Assembly: GCF_004010195.1 (NCBI RefSeq)
Contig: NC_057746.1
Coordinates: 5,729,925-5,793,924 of the forward strand
From: Chiloscyllium plagiosum
Lineage: Eukaryota
Direction: 5' to 3'
Length of the DNA stretch: 64,000 nucleotides
A program made the position numbers and the translations under genes. Positions 22,505 through 35,100 of this stretch are shown in pieces. The notes beneath the pieces are model-generated. The model had not been told where the DNA came from. It did not search any database and saw nothing but the letters and a program-made list of their open reading frames with translations. Each line of letters begins with the position of its first letter. Position 1 is the first letter of the stretch.

Positions 22505-22940
22505 TTATTAGATTAGATTAGATTACTTAGTGTGGAACCGACCCTCGAAGAACAACCCACCCAGACCCAGTCCCCTACATTTACCCCTTCACCTAACATG
22601 TGGGCGGCACGGTGGCACAGTGGTTAGCAGTGCTGCCTCACAGCGCCAGAGACCCAGGTTCAATTCCCGCCTCAGGCGACTGACTGTGTGGAGTTTGCAC
22701 ATTCTACCTGTGTCTGCGTGGGTTTCCTCTGGGTGCTCCGGTTTCCTCCCACAGTCCAAAAATGTGCAGGTTAGATGAATTGGCCATGCTAAATTGCCCA
22801 TAATGTTAGGTGAAGGGGTAAATGTAGAGAAATGGCTCTGGGTGGGTTGCGCTTTGGCAGATTGGTGTGGACTTGTTGGGCCGAAGGGCCTGTTTCCACA
22901 CTGTATGTGATCTAATCTAACTACATGGCCAATTCACCGA
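22505..22940 (+). mobile_element. Full HE1/V-SINE (22599-22920, +) nested in an older opposite-strand SINE
   Basis: gggcggcacggtggcacagtggttagca head and ctaatctaa tail; the flanks cacctaaca and ctacatggccaattcacc rejoin as a minus-strand SINE. Confidence 0.88.
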
Positions 22941-23334
22941 ATATCTCATTCCCAAACTCAGGTTGGCATTGAACATGTTTTCACTGCCCTGTTTGGTTCA
23001 TCTTTCAGGGTCCTGATTGGTTACTCAGTCAGAATATTCAGTTTGAATTTGTTTACGCAACAGAGAAATGGAAGGTCAAAAGAAATCACTGATTTAACCA
23101 AAGTGTGTCAGTTCAGGAAATCAGCTCAGAGAAAAAACAATCGCTCTGAAGCGGAAGGGAAAATGTTAGTGAAAGAATTATGGAGAAACGAGATGTGGAA
23201 ATTTTTGGAAATTGCTTAAGTAATTTTTGGCATTTTTTAGGTTGATTTAATGGAATCAGTGGCGGGGGTGGGGGGGAGATCTACAGAAATCACTGCAGGA
23301 AACTACAGGAATTACAAGGGATGATGCTCAGAAC

Positions 23335-24980
23335 AAAGATAAAAGAAAATTGCAGCACAGGAACAGGCTCTTCAGCCCTCCAAGTCTGCACTGATCCACA
23401 TCCTCTATCTAAACCTGTTGCCTCTGTTCTAAGTTTATATATAAGGTGTATCCCTCTACCCCCTGCCCATTCAAGTATCTGTCTCGATACATCTTAAATG
23501 ACACTATCGTGCCCACCTCTACCACCTCCACTGGCAATATGTTCCAGGCACCCACCACTCTCTGCTTAAAGAACTTTCCAGGCATATCTTCCCTAAATAA
23601 TTTCCGCTGTCTCACTTTGAACTCGTGACCTCTAGTAATTGAGTCCTCCACTTTGGGAAAAAGTTTCTTGCTATACCTCTCATGATTTTGGAGACCTCAA
23701 TCAGGTCCCTCCTGAACCTTTGTCTTCCAAATGAAAATAATTCTAATCTATTCAATCTCTCTTCATAGCTAGCACCCTCCACACCAGGCAACGTCCTGGT
23801 GAACCTCCTCTGCACCCCTCCAAAGCATCCACATCCTTTTGCTAATGTGGCAACCAAAACTGCATGCAGTATTCCAAATGTGGCTGAACTAAAGTCGTAT
23901 ACAGCTGTAGCATGATCTGCCAGCTCTTTTACTCAATACCCAGTCCGATGAAGGAAAGCATGCCATATGCCTTCTTAACCACTCTATTGACCTGCTTTGC
24001 GACCTTCAGGGAACAGTGGATCTGAACACCCAGATCTCTCTGTACATTAATTTTCCCCAGGACTTTTCCATTTACTGTATAGTTTGCTCTTGTATTGGAT
24101 CTTCCAAAATGCATCACCTCACATTTGCCCAGTTTGAACTCCATCTGTAATTTCTCTGACCAACACTGGAATCTATCATTTTTCTGCTGTATTCTCTGAC
24201 AGTCCCCTTCACTATGTGCAACTACATCAATCTTAGTGTCTTCTGTGAATTTGCTAATCAGACCACCTATACCTTCCTCCAGATCATTTATGTGTATCAC
24301 AAACAACAGTGGACCCAGCATGGAACCCTGTAGAACACCACTGGTCACGGGTCCCTCACAGGTCACAGGCCACTACTACTATCTCCTGTTTATCCATTTA
24401 GCTAGTACACCCTCGACCCTATTCGATTTCACTTTTTCCATCAGCCTCCCATGGGGAACCTTATCAAACACCTTATAGAAGTCCATGGGTTTGCCATCTA
24501 CAGCCCTTTGCTCATCAATCAACTTTGCCACTTCCTCGAAGAATCCTATTAAGTTGGTAAGACACAATCTTCCCTGCACAAAACCATGTTGCCTCTCTCT
24601 GAGAGGCCCATTTTCTTCCAAATGGGAACAGATCCTATCCGCTCAGTATCTTCTCCAGAAGCTTCCCTCCCACTTACGTCAGACCCACTGGTCTATAATT
24701 TCCTGGTTTGTCCCGACCCTTCTTAATCAAGGGAACAACATTAGCAATTTTCCAGTGCTTCGGGGCCTCAACCGTGTTCAAGGATGCTGCAGATATCTGT
24801 TAAGCCCCAGCTATTTCCTCTTTTGCTTCCCTCAGCAATATGGCATAGATCCCATCTGGACCTGGGAACTTGTCCACATTAATGTCTTTTAGAATATCTA
24901 ACACTGCTTCCCTCCTTATGCTAACTTGCTGAGAGTAATCAAACATCTATCCCTAACCTCAACATCCGTCATGTCCCCAT
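23335..24980 (-). mobile_element. CR1 LINE, 5'-truncated
   Basis: QHGFVQGRLCLTNL, DFYKVFDKVPH, VTSGVLQGSMLGPLLF, FTRTLPG. Confidence 0.92.
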
Positions 24981-25878
24981 GTATTTAGGAATAAGAGTGA
25001 TCTCCACCAAGTTCTGCAATTACAACCCCATTTTTCAGATGCTAGATTAGCAACCATCACTCTGATATTAGTAAACCTTTCAGAATTTATGAACAATAAA
25101 CTCACCATTTGACAAACTCCAAATATGACAATGTTCCTAGATTCTGAAAACTGACCTATAAGCAATGGACAAATATTCTGTATTTTTAATATGGATAATA
25201 ATATGAAAAATATAGAACAATGAGCAGAAGCAGAAGTTGCTGGTAAAACTCCGCAGGTTAGGTAGCATTTGTGGAGAGCAAACAAAGTTAACATCGCAGG
25301 TCCCACGACCCTTCTGCAGAACTTAATTCTCCATGAGCCTATGTCAGAGTGTGTGTGCCCTCCATAGGTCCAGGATGTAAAATCCAGGATTGTGGTGCAC
25401 TCCTTCCGAGCATGCCCTGTACCTGGAGACCTGACCAAACCAACCAATTATTCAGCTCTGAGTCTGCGGTTCAAACCCTTCGCCTCGCTGGTGAATTTAC
25501 CAAGGAAGTCAAAAGGACACGTTGACTATAAAACTTCACCAACAGATTATTGATATTTTATGGGCCATTAACATGCAGATTTATCTGGTCGGACAACAAT
25601 AGACATCGGACACTAAAAAGCTGTGTCCACAACTTCCATATCACCGTGACCATTTAAAGCGGGGTTCACACAAAATAATCCAAAATTTCACTCCATTCAC
25701 ACAAAAGTATTCCAATAATTCGTATGAAAATATTTTTTAGACGGTAATATCCTAACGTCAACATTTATCAGATCTGTCCCAAAATCTTGTGAAAACCCAA
25801 CATCTCCAAAATTTCTCCGACATTGCAGCAAAAACTCACATTTGGTGAGAAAACGTTGGAGAGACGTTCTCAAGAAGT

Positions 25879-26240
25879 GCCTTCCTGTGTTTTATGGAGG
25901 AATGGACAGGCCATCTCCTCAAACATGACTGAATTGCAGCCCCAAGCCCAGAAAGCTCCCCCTTCATCCTGAGGTTGTTTAAAACCTCCATAGGGTCTCT
26001 GCTCAATTCATGCAAACTTTCCACAATCCCGCTTCGAACTACATTACCCATAATGCATATGGGCATCGCGCCTGCGTAGTGACGAAAGAGGCATGCAATC
26101 AGAGGAGAATCACCCGCGATGCCTAACGGGAGTTGTAGTTCTGTTCCACACATGAAAGGCTGTCGCCGACCGTTCGAAAATTCGAATCTGAGGCCGTGAC
26201 GTGAACAGTGCTGGTGTTGGAGATTTGCGCCTGTAAATGG
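25879..26240 (-). promoter_or_regulatory. Inverted paralogue of the CpG/ZNF143-motif promoter module
   Basis: ACTACATTACCCATAATGCA (26038-26057); minus-strand ACTACAACTCCCGTTAGGCATCGCG (about 26115-26139); colinear with 16615-16955. Confidence 0.7.
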
Positions 26241-26395
26241 CAACCCCTCGTGGCGGAATCCGGGATCGCAGCCTTTTCACCAGCCTAAAACAAGCCAGCT
26301 GTACTCCACTAGGAGAAAGTGGGGACCGCAGATCAGGGTCAAAAAGTGTGGTGCTGGAAAAGCACAGAAGGTTAGCTAGCATCGAGGAGCAGGAC

Positions 26396-26430
26396 AGTCG
26401 ACGTTTCGAGCATAAGCTCTTCATCAGTAA
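26396..26430 (-). ncRNA. Minimal type-I hammerhead ribozyme motif (PLE family A)
   Basis: CUGAUGA-A-gagc uuau gcuc-GAAA-C/G-UC; core and stem II intact, stem I weak. Confidence 0.65.
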
Positions 26431-26556
26431 TGTGTGTTCAGTTGCTTGGAGGGCACATCATTGTAGACAAAAAAGAATTGCAGATGCTGGATTCCGAGGT
26501 AGACAAGCAGGAGGCTGGAAGAACACAGCAAGCCAGGCAGCATCAGAAGGTGGAGA

Positions 26557-26591
26557 AGTCAACGTTTCGGGTATAACCCTTCTTCAGGACT
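26557..26591 (-). ncRNA. Intact minimal type-I hammerhead ribozyme
   Basis: aguc-CUGAAGA-A-gggu uau accc-GAAA-C/G-UU-gacu: stem I aguc/gacu, stem II gggu/accc, palindromic AACGUU in place of stem III. Confidence 0.82.
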
Positions 26592-26603
26592 GAAACGATG
26601 AAT

Positions 26604-26672
26604 ATGGGTCCCTTTTCAAAACATTATCATCTCGTCATGGGTCCCGTTTCAAAACATTATCATCTTGTCATG
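26604..26672. repeat. 33-bp tandem duplication
   Basis: atgggtccc(t/g)tttcaaaacattatcatct(c/t)gtc x2. Confidence 0.85.
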
Positions 26673-26799
26673 ATCATATTCCAGTTTATGAGACCTTGAT
26701 GTGCCATTATTCTTCATTATAACAGTGATCATATATCAACCTTATCTTTATTTGCAGTAAGTTGTGTTTTGATGCCCTGTTAAAGTTTTATGTGTATTC

Positions 26800-28490
26800 C
26801 ATCCAATTTGATTCACTGCAAGTGAAATCTAAAAAACGGCTGGAGACACTGGATACTGCAAAGGCAATGGGCCCTGATAACATTCCGGCAATAGTACTGA
26901 AGATGTGTGCTCCAGAACTTGCCACTTCCATAGCCAAGCTCTTCCAGTACAGTTACAACGCGGGTGTCTATCCGACAATGTGGAGAATTGCCCAGATATG
27001 TCCTATACCAAAAAAGCTGGACAAATCCAACCTGGCCAATTACCGCCCAATCAGTCTACTATCCATTATCAGTAAAGTGATGGAAAGGTTCATCAACAGC
27101 GCTATCAAGCATCACGTGCTCAGCAACAATCTGCTCAGTGATGCCCAGTTTAGGTTTCGCCAGGGTCACTCAGCTCCTGATCTCTTTACAGCCTTGGTTC
27201 AAAAATGGACAAAATTGCTGAATTCCAGAGGTCAGGTGAGAGTGACAGCCCTTGACATCAATACAGCATTTGATTGAGTACGGCATCAAGGATCTCTGGC
27301 AGAACGGGAATCAATGGGTATTAGAGGCAAACACTTCGCTGGTTAGAGTCATACCCGGCACAAAGGAAGATGGTTGTGGTTGTGGGGCTTCAGGACATCT
27401 CAGCTTCAGCACATCTCTGCAGGAGTCCCTCAGGGTAGTGTCCTCGGCCCAACAATCTTCAGTTGCTTCATCAATGACCTTCCCTCTGTCATAAGGTCAG
27501 AAGTGGCCATGTTCACCAATTATTGCAGTGTTCAGCAGCATTCGCCAGTCCTCAGATAGTGAAGCAGTCCATACTCAAATGCAACAAGATCTGGATAATA
27601 TCCAGGCTTGGGCTGACAAGTGGCAAGTAACATTCGTGCCACACAAATGCCAGACAATGACCATCACCAATAAGAGACACATTAACCACTGCCCCTTGAC
27701 ATTCAATGGTATTACCATCACTGAATTCCCCCACTGTCAACATCCTTAGGGTTACCATTGACCAGAAACTCAACTGGACTCCTCACATCACAGTGGCTAC
27801 AAGAGCAGGTCAGAAACTAGCGAGACCATGGTTCCTGAAGAAGGGCTTATGCCCGAAACGTCGATCCTCCTGTTCCCTGGATGCTGCCTGACCTGCTGCG
27901 CTTTTCCAGCAACACATTTCCAGCTCAGTAACTCACCTCCTGACACCCCAAAAATTTATCCACCATCTACAAGGCACAAGTTAGGAGTGTGATGGAATAC
28001 TCCCCATTGCCTGGATGGGTGCAGCTCCAATAACACTCAAGAAACTTGGCACCATCCAGGACAAACCAACCCACTTGACTGGCACCACATCTACAAACAT
28101 TCAATCCCTCCACCACCTCGGTGCTCAGTTGCAGAAGTATGTACTATCTACAAGACGCACTGCAGAAATTCACCAAAGATCCTTAGACAGCACTTTCCAA
28201 ACCCACAATCACTTCCACCTGGAAGGACAAGGGCAGCAGGTACTTGGAACACCACCACGTGCATGTTCCCCTCCAAGCCACTCACCACCCATGACTTGCA
28301 AATATACCACTGTTCGTTCACAGTTGTTGGGTCAAAATCCTGTAATCTCCTCCCTACCCGCATTGTGGGTCAACACACAAGTAGACTGCAGCAATTCAAG
28401 AAGGCAGCTCACCATCACCTTCTCAAGGGCAAATAGGGATGAGCTATCAATGCTGGCCACCTAGCGACACCCAAGTCCCATATGAGAAGA
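26800..28490 (+). mobile_element. CR1-clade LINE RT and 3' end, interrupted by a hammerhead-bearing PLE fragment (about 27830-27925)
   Basis: KAMGPDNIP..NYRPISLLSIISKVME..ALDINTAFD, GVPQGSVLGP; frameshifted. Confidence 0.92.
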
Positions 28491-28607
28491 AACATTTAAT
28501 TCTCATGGAAGGCTTCCTGTGAACTACCAATGTATTATTGGACAAAGTAGGGGGTGGTGGTGCAATAAATAGGGTCATTGCCTCTGAGTCAGCTCTTGAT
28601 GACTATA

Positions 28608-29225
28608 GTGAAGAGTGTAGTGCTGGAAAAGCACAGCAGGTCAGGCAGCGTCCAAGGACCAGGACAATCAACGTATCAGGAATGAGGTTTGTGTGTTGGG
28701 GCTGAGAGATAAATGGAAGGGGTTTGGGGTTGTGGGGGAAGGTAGCTGGGAAAGCAATAAGTGAATGAAGGTGAGGGAACAGGTGATAGGTCAGAGGGGG
28801 GAGTGATGGAAGGGTCTGGACGGTGGTGCCGAGTTGGAGGCTTCAGACTAGGATAATGTAGGGGGAGGGGAGATGAGGAAGCTGTTGAAATTCATATTTA
28901 TCCCGTGTGGTATCAGAACACTGATTGGGAGGGAAATATATCTCTGGTGGTGGGGTTTGTTTGGAGGTGGCAGAAGTGGCGGAGGATGATGTGTTGTTTG
29001 TGGAGGTTGGTGAGGTGGAAGGTGAGGGCCAGAGGAGTTCTGTCCTTGTGTTGGAATAGGTGGGGTTCAAGGATGGTGGTGCGTGAAGTGGAAGAGATGC
29101 ACTGGAGAGCATCGTCAATCATGTGGGAAGGGAAGTTGCGATCGTGAAAAAAGGAGCCCATTTGGGACTTTCTGAGGTGGAATTGGTCATCCTGGGAACA
29201 GATGCAGTGGAGGCGGAGGAATGAC
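28608..29225 (-). mobile_element. Penelope-like element, internally deleted fragment
   Basis: FFHDRNFPSHMIDDALQCISS..IILRHFCHLQTNPTTRDIF matches the ORF of 17330-19270. Confidence 0.85.
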
Positions 29226-29584
29226 TATAGATTGACTTCATAACAGGACCAAATAAATGGATTGGCATCATGTAAATCCAATGTGGTTATGTTGAGAGGC
29301 TGAGTTGATACAATAAGAAAATTTTATTTCTGTTCCGGGAGCTCTGTGAGCCTGTTTGGGTGACATTCAATACTGGGATGGAAATGTGTTGCTGGAAAAG
29401 CGCAGCAGGTCAGGCAGCATCTAGGGAACAGGAGAATCGACGTTTCGGGCATTAGCCCTTCAATACTGTATGGGGGCTATTCCATAAAGCTCCAGTAAGG
29501 TCTGCCACTACTACATTAAATTTAATGAAGTCCTTTGTGCAACAGTTCAATTCACTCTGAGCCTTTCTCAGTATTAGAAAGCTG

Positions 29585-30680
29585 GAATATGGGTTTCAGT
29601 AAAGCCTTTGATAAAGTTCCACATGGTAGGCTGCTCTGGAAGGTTAGATTGCATGGAATCCAGGTGGACCTGGCAAATTGGATACACAGTAGGCTTGATG
29701 AGAGGAAGCAGAAGCTAATAGTAAAAAATGCTTGTCAAACTGGAGGCCTGTGATGAGTGGAGTGTCTCAGGGATCGGTGCTCGGTCCATTGCTGTTTATG
29801 ATCTATATCAATGATTTAGAGGAGAATGCACAAGGTATGATTAGTAAGTTTGCAGATGACACTAAAATAGGAAGCATCGTGGACTGTTAGGAAGATTATC
29901 AGAAATTGCAGCTGGACCTTGATCAGTTGAGGAAGTGGGCTGATAAATGACAAATGGTGTTTAATATAGATAAGTGTGAGGTTTTGCATTTTGGAAAGTC
30001 AAATCAAGCCAGGAGTTTCATGTTGAATGGTAGGGCCTTAAGGAGTGTAGTGGAACAGGAGGACCTTGGAGTTCAAGTGCATGGAGTCTGAAAGTGGAGT
30101 CACAGGTAGACAGGGCAGTGAAGAAAGCTTTTGGCACACTGGCCTTCATCTGTAAGGGCATTGAGTTTAGAAGTTACTATAGGAACGAAGTTGTTAGACT
30201 GGAAAGTGTGCAGAATAAATTTATAAGGATGTTGCCAGGACTCGAGGGTCTGAGTTATAGGCAGAGGTTTGGACAAGCTAGGACTTTTTTTTTCTTTCAC
30301 GCATAGGAGACTGAGCATAGAAGTGTATAAGATCATGAGAGGGATGGATGGGGTGAATGCGCACCATCTTTTTCCCAGGGTTGGGGAATTGAGAACTAGA
30401 GGGCATCAGTTTAAGGTTGGAGGAGAAAGAATAAAAGGGAACCTGAGGGGCTACTTTTTTACACAGTGTGGTATGCATATGGAATGAGCTGCCAGCGGAA
30501 GAGGTGGGTCTATTAACAACGTTTAAAAGGCATTTGGACAAATACATGGATAGGAAAGATTCAGAAAGAAATGGGACAAGCGCAAGGAAATGGGGTGAGC
30601 ATTGATGGCTATTTTGGTCAGAATGGATCAGTTTGGGCCTAAGGCCTGATTTTGTGCTGTCAGGCTCTGATTCTACGATG
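29585..30680 (+). mobile_element. CR1 LINE 3' part
   Basis: FSKAFDKVPHGRLL, aagtttgcagatgacactaaa (KFADDTK), RMLPGLEGLSY. Confidence 0.92.
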
Positions 30681-31119
30681 AAAATAATCACAGTTTTGAA
30701 GTCAATTATAAATGTAAAAATTAGAAACTCCTGTCAATATGTTTAAGTTAATATTATAATTGTGACTGGATTAAGCTATTTTAACTGCTTCTCCTGTGTA
30801 TACGACACAACTGAAAGAAACTATTACATCTGGTTCCCCCCCACAAGATTGAGGGATAAAGGAAAATAGTTATAGAAGGTACATACTGAGCAGAGAGTGG
30901 TGGCAGCAATTTCCTCTGTTCTCCTCCACCTCCGACCTCTGCTTCCTGAGCTCTCATTCTTCATTGTTCATTGTCTTGATTTCTACCCCTTCCTCCTTGG
31001 CTCCCTCTCTGTCTCGTTCCTACTCACTATCTCTTCTCCTTCAGTGTTACAAAGATCAGAGGTATAGAGATAAAGTTTAAAATGGTGGGCAATATCATAA
31101 ATGTGGAAACTCATGTGAA

Positions 31120-32160
31120 TTTTTAAAAAAAATCATTCATGGGATATGGGCATCGATGACAAGGGCCAGCATTCACTACCCATCCCTAATTGCCCTTGAA
31201 CTGCTGCAGTCCAGATGTTGTAGGTAGACCCAAAATGCTGTTAGGCATGGAGTTTCAAAATTTTATTTCAGCAACACTAAAGGAATGGTAATATATTTCC
31301 AAATCAGAATGGTGAGTCGCTTGGGCAGAAACCTGGTGGTGGTGATATTCGCATCTATCTGCTGACCTTGTGCTTCCAGGCAGAAGTATCATGGGTTTGA
31401 AAGGTGCTGCCTCAGAATCTTTGGTGAATTTCTGCAATGTATCTTGTAGATAGTAGATACTTACTATGGAGATCACTGATGAAAGAATGTTCTTGCTAAT
31501 GTAGTGTAGGTTTCAGAGACTCAGGAAGATTTGCTGAAGGATTCCTCGGCTCTGTCCTGCTCTCATAGACACTTTCTTTATAGAGCTGATCCAGCTTAGT
31601 TCTCAGTCAATAATAATCTTCAGGATGTCGCTGATGTGGGATTCAGTTACGGCGACAGCATTGAGCTGGAGAAATGGTTAGATTCTCTTCTGCTGGAGAA
31701 TCATTGCTTGTCGCTTGTGTGGTATGAATTTTCTTGCCATTTCTCAGTCTGCCTAAATATTGTTCAGGTCTTGCTGCATATGGATACTGCCTACCTCAGT
31801 ACCTGAGTAGGAGAAAGTGAAGACTGCAGATGATGGAGATCAGAGACGAGAGTGTGGTGCTGGAAAAGCAGAGCAGTTAGGCAGCATCCGAGGAGCAGGA
31901 GAATCAATGTTTCGGGCATAAGCTGATTCCTGATGAAGGGCTTATGCCCAAATATCGATTCTCCTAATCCTCAGATGCTGCCTGACCTGCTGTGCTTTTC
32001 TAGTACTCAGTACCTGAGTAGTCATGAATACTGCTGTCCATTTGTATTCATCTCCAGATATCCCCTCTTCTATGATCAAGGAAAAGTCATTGACAAAGCA
32101 GCTGAAGATGCTTGTGCCAAGGACACTGAGGAATTCCTGCAGAAATGTCCTGGAAGGGTG
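31120..32160 (-). mobile_element. Decayed CR1-clade LINE containing a fold-back PLE insertion (31795-32021, 16-bp TSD)
   Basis: Reverse-complement similarity to 26800-28490; TSD ctcagtacctgagtag at 31795-31810 and 32006-32021. Confidence 0.8.
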
Positions 32161-32169
32161 ATGAGGTGA

Positions 32170-35100
32170 AGCGAGGAACAGGAAGAGAGTGGAGCTGAAC
32201 ACATTGCTGCAGAGATGGTGCAGGAGGAAGGGTTTTGAATTCTTAGATAATTGGAGCACTTTCTAGGGGAGGTGGGACCTCTACAAACAGGATGGTCTTC
32301 ACCTGAACCAGAGGGGTACCAATATCTTGGGGAGGAAATTTGCTAATGCTCTTTTTGGGAAGGGGTGGGGTGTTTAACTAATGCAGCAGGGGGCTGGGCA
32401 TCTGTATTGTAGTTCCAGTGTACAGGAGGTTTAGGGTAGTGAGGCCAGGGATATGTTTACAAGGTTGCGCGAGGGCATCAGAAATTAGGATGTTGGTCTG
32501 AAATGTGTGTACTCCAATGCCAGGAGCATCTGGAATAAGCTGGGTGAACTTGCAGCATGAGTTCATACCTGGGATTTTGATGTTGTGGCCATTTTAGAGA
32601 TGTGGTCAGAAGAGGGACAGGAATGGTTGTTGCAGATTCTGGGATTTAGATGTTTCAGCAAAAACAGAGATGATGGTAAAAGTTCCGGGGGGGGCATTAT
32701 TAATGAAGGGTAGTATCACAGCAGCTGAGATAACATTTGATGATCGTTCCACTGAGGTATTTTGAGCTGAGGTGAGAAACAAGAAAGGAGAGGTTACCCT
32801 GTTGGGTGTTTTCTATAGACATCTGAATTGTTCCAGGGATGTAGAGTAAAGGATAGCAAAGATGATTTTCAATAGGAGTGAGAGTAACAGGGTAGTTATG
32901 GGGGACTTTAACTTCCCCAATATTGACAGGGAATACTTTAATTCAAGTAGTTTAGATGGGTCAGTTTTTGTTCAATGTATGCAGGAGGGTTTTCTGACAC
33001 AGTATGTAGACAGACCAACAAGGGGAGATGCCATATTGGATTTGAAACTGGGGAATGAACCCAGCCAGGTGTTAGGTTTGGAGGTAGGTGAGCACTTTGG
33101 TGATAGTGACTATAATTCAGTTATGTTTACAATAGCAATGGGCAGGGATAGGTATACACCACAGGGAAAGAGGTGTAACTGGGGGAAAGGCAAATATGAT
33201 GTGATTAGGCAAGATTTAGGATGTATAGGATGGGGAAGGAAACTGCAGGGGATGGATGCACTTGAAATGTGAAGCTTAGTTAAGGAATAGCTACTGCGGG
33301 TCCTTGATAAGTATATACCTATCAGGCAGAGAGGTAGTTGTCGAGACAGGGAGCCATGGTTTATTAAAGAAGTTGAAGCTCTTGGCAAGAGGAAGAAGAA
33401 GGCTTTTGTGAGGATAAGGCGTGACGGCTCAGTTAGGAAGCTTGAGAGTTATAAGTTATCCAGAAAAGACCTTGAGAGGACTAAGAAGAGTCAGGAGGGG
33501 ACATGAGAAGTTATTGGCAGATAGGATCAAGGAAAACCCTAAGGCCTTCTATAGTATATCAGGAATACTAGAGTAAGATTAGGGCCAATCAAAGATAGTT
33601 GTGAAAATAGAACATAGAACATAGAACAATACAGCACAGAACAGGCCCTTCGGCCCACGATGTTGTGCCGAACTTCTAACCTAGATTAAGTACCCATCCA
33701 TGTACCTATCCAAATGCCGCTTAAAGGTCGCCAATGATTCCGACTCTACCACTCCCACGGGCAGCGCATTCCATGCCCCCACCACTCTCTGGGTAAAGAA
33801 CCCACCCCTGACATCTCCCCTATACCTTCCACCCTTCACCTTAAATTTATGTCCCCTTGTAACACTCTGTTGTACCCGGGGAAAAAGTTTCTGACTGTCT
33901 ACTCTATCTATTCCTCTGATCATCTTATAAACCTCTATCAAGTCACCCCTCATCCTTCACCGTTCCAACGAGAAAAGGCCGAGAACTCTCAACCTATCCT
34001 CGTACGACTCCCTCTCCATTCCAGGCAACATCCTGGTAAATCTTATTAATTCAGCAGCTCTTACTTTGAGAGCAAGCAAGTAATCATGACACCGAGTGCT
34101 CATTAACAGGCTGACATGATGCTGGAAGAATACAAAATGATGGCAGTGACATTGGAATACAAAACTGGTCCAACAACTAGCAATTTTGTGCAGGAGAGCT
34201 ACAGTGCTTCGAAGCCACCCCATGATTGAATCGCTGGAAACCTTACAGACAATGATGTCCTTCAAACTATGGTACAGTGGCTTTACTACTGAACTGAAGC
34301 TATGCACTTGAAACTTCTTGTTTGTTTATGCAAATAAAACAGTCATAAAAGCCCAAGGAGACATTGAAATAAAAGGCATTGTAATCTGATCAAGTTGTTC
34401 AAATTCCAAATAAAATTCATCCCCAGACGTTATCGCTCCAATCTCCAGTTAGTAAATGATTAAGTGCATAACTTGAAGTAACATACACAAGTCATATTCA
34501 ACAATTCCACCCAATCTCAGTTTAGATTTGAACCAGCTTACAACCGCCTCTGAGCCAAGAGACCAGGTTGAGAAGTGTGTCATACCACAACTGAACAGGT
34601 TAATTAAAAATAAATGAAAGAAGTGAGTGCAGAGAATCATAGCACCTTTGTGTTGCTGAGGTGTTTATCACCTCATTGGAAGGTTAAACAACCCTGTGCC
34701 ATATTGAAGCCAGACCCACAAAGCCTTAGCATTCATATCTGAACGCATGTGCAATAATATACAACTACTGCGATGTGCTTTCTGCTCTGACAGAGAGAGC
34801 CGACATTGGAGACTGAGCTTCCCTCCTAGGTCACAGCACTGTGAAATGTCCACACTTGCTCCACTGTTTTGGCTGGGATTGACACTTACCATCTTCTGTA
34901 AGCTATGTATTCCAGATTTATTGCAACCGCAATTGCGTCAACCACCACTTCGTCCATTTCACACTCTCCTCTTCTACAATACGGTCCCTCTCGTTCGTAA
35001 ATACTGAAGAGAAGTACTTGTTCAAGACCTCTCCTATCTCTTCCGACTCAATTTGTATGTGGAATCTGGGGACATGCGGAAGTGCTTAATGAATTTTCGT

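Noticed and set aside
22599-22680. tRNA-like sequences with A and B boxes
   Set aside because: They are SINE heads continuing into the V-domain and LINE-like tail, not tRNA genes
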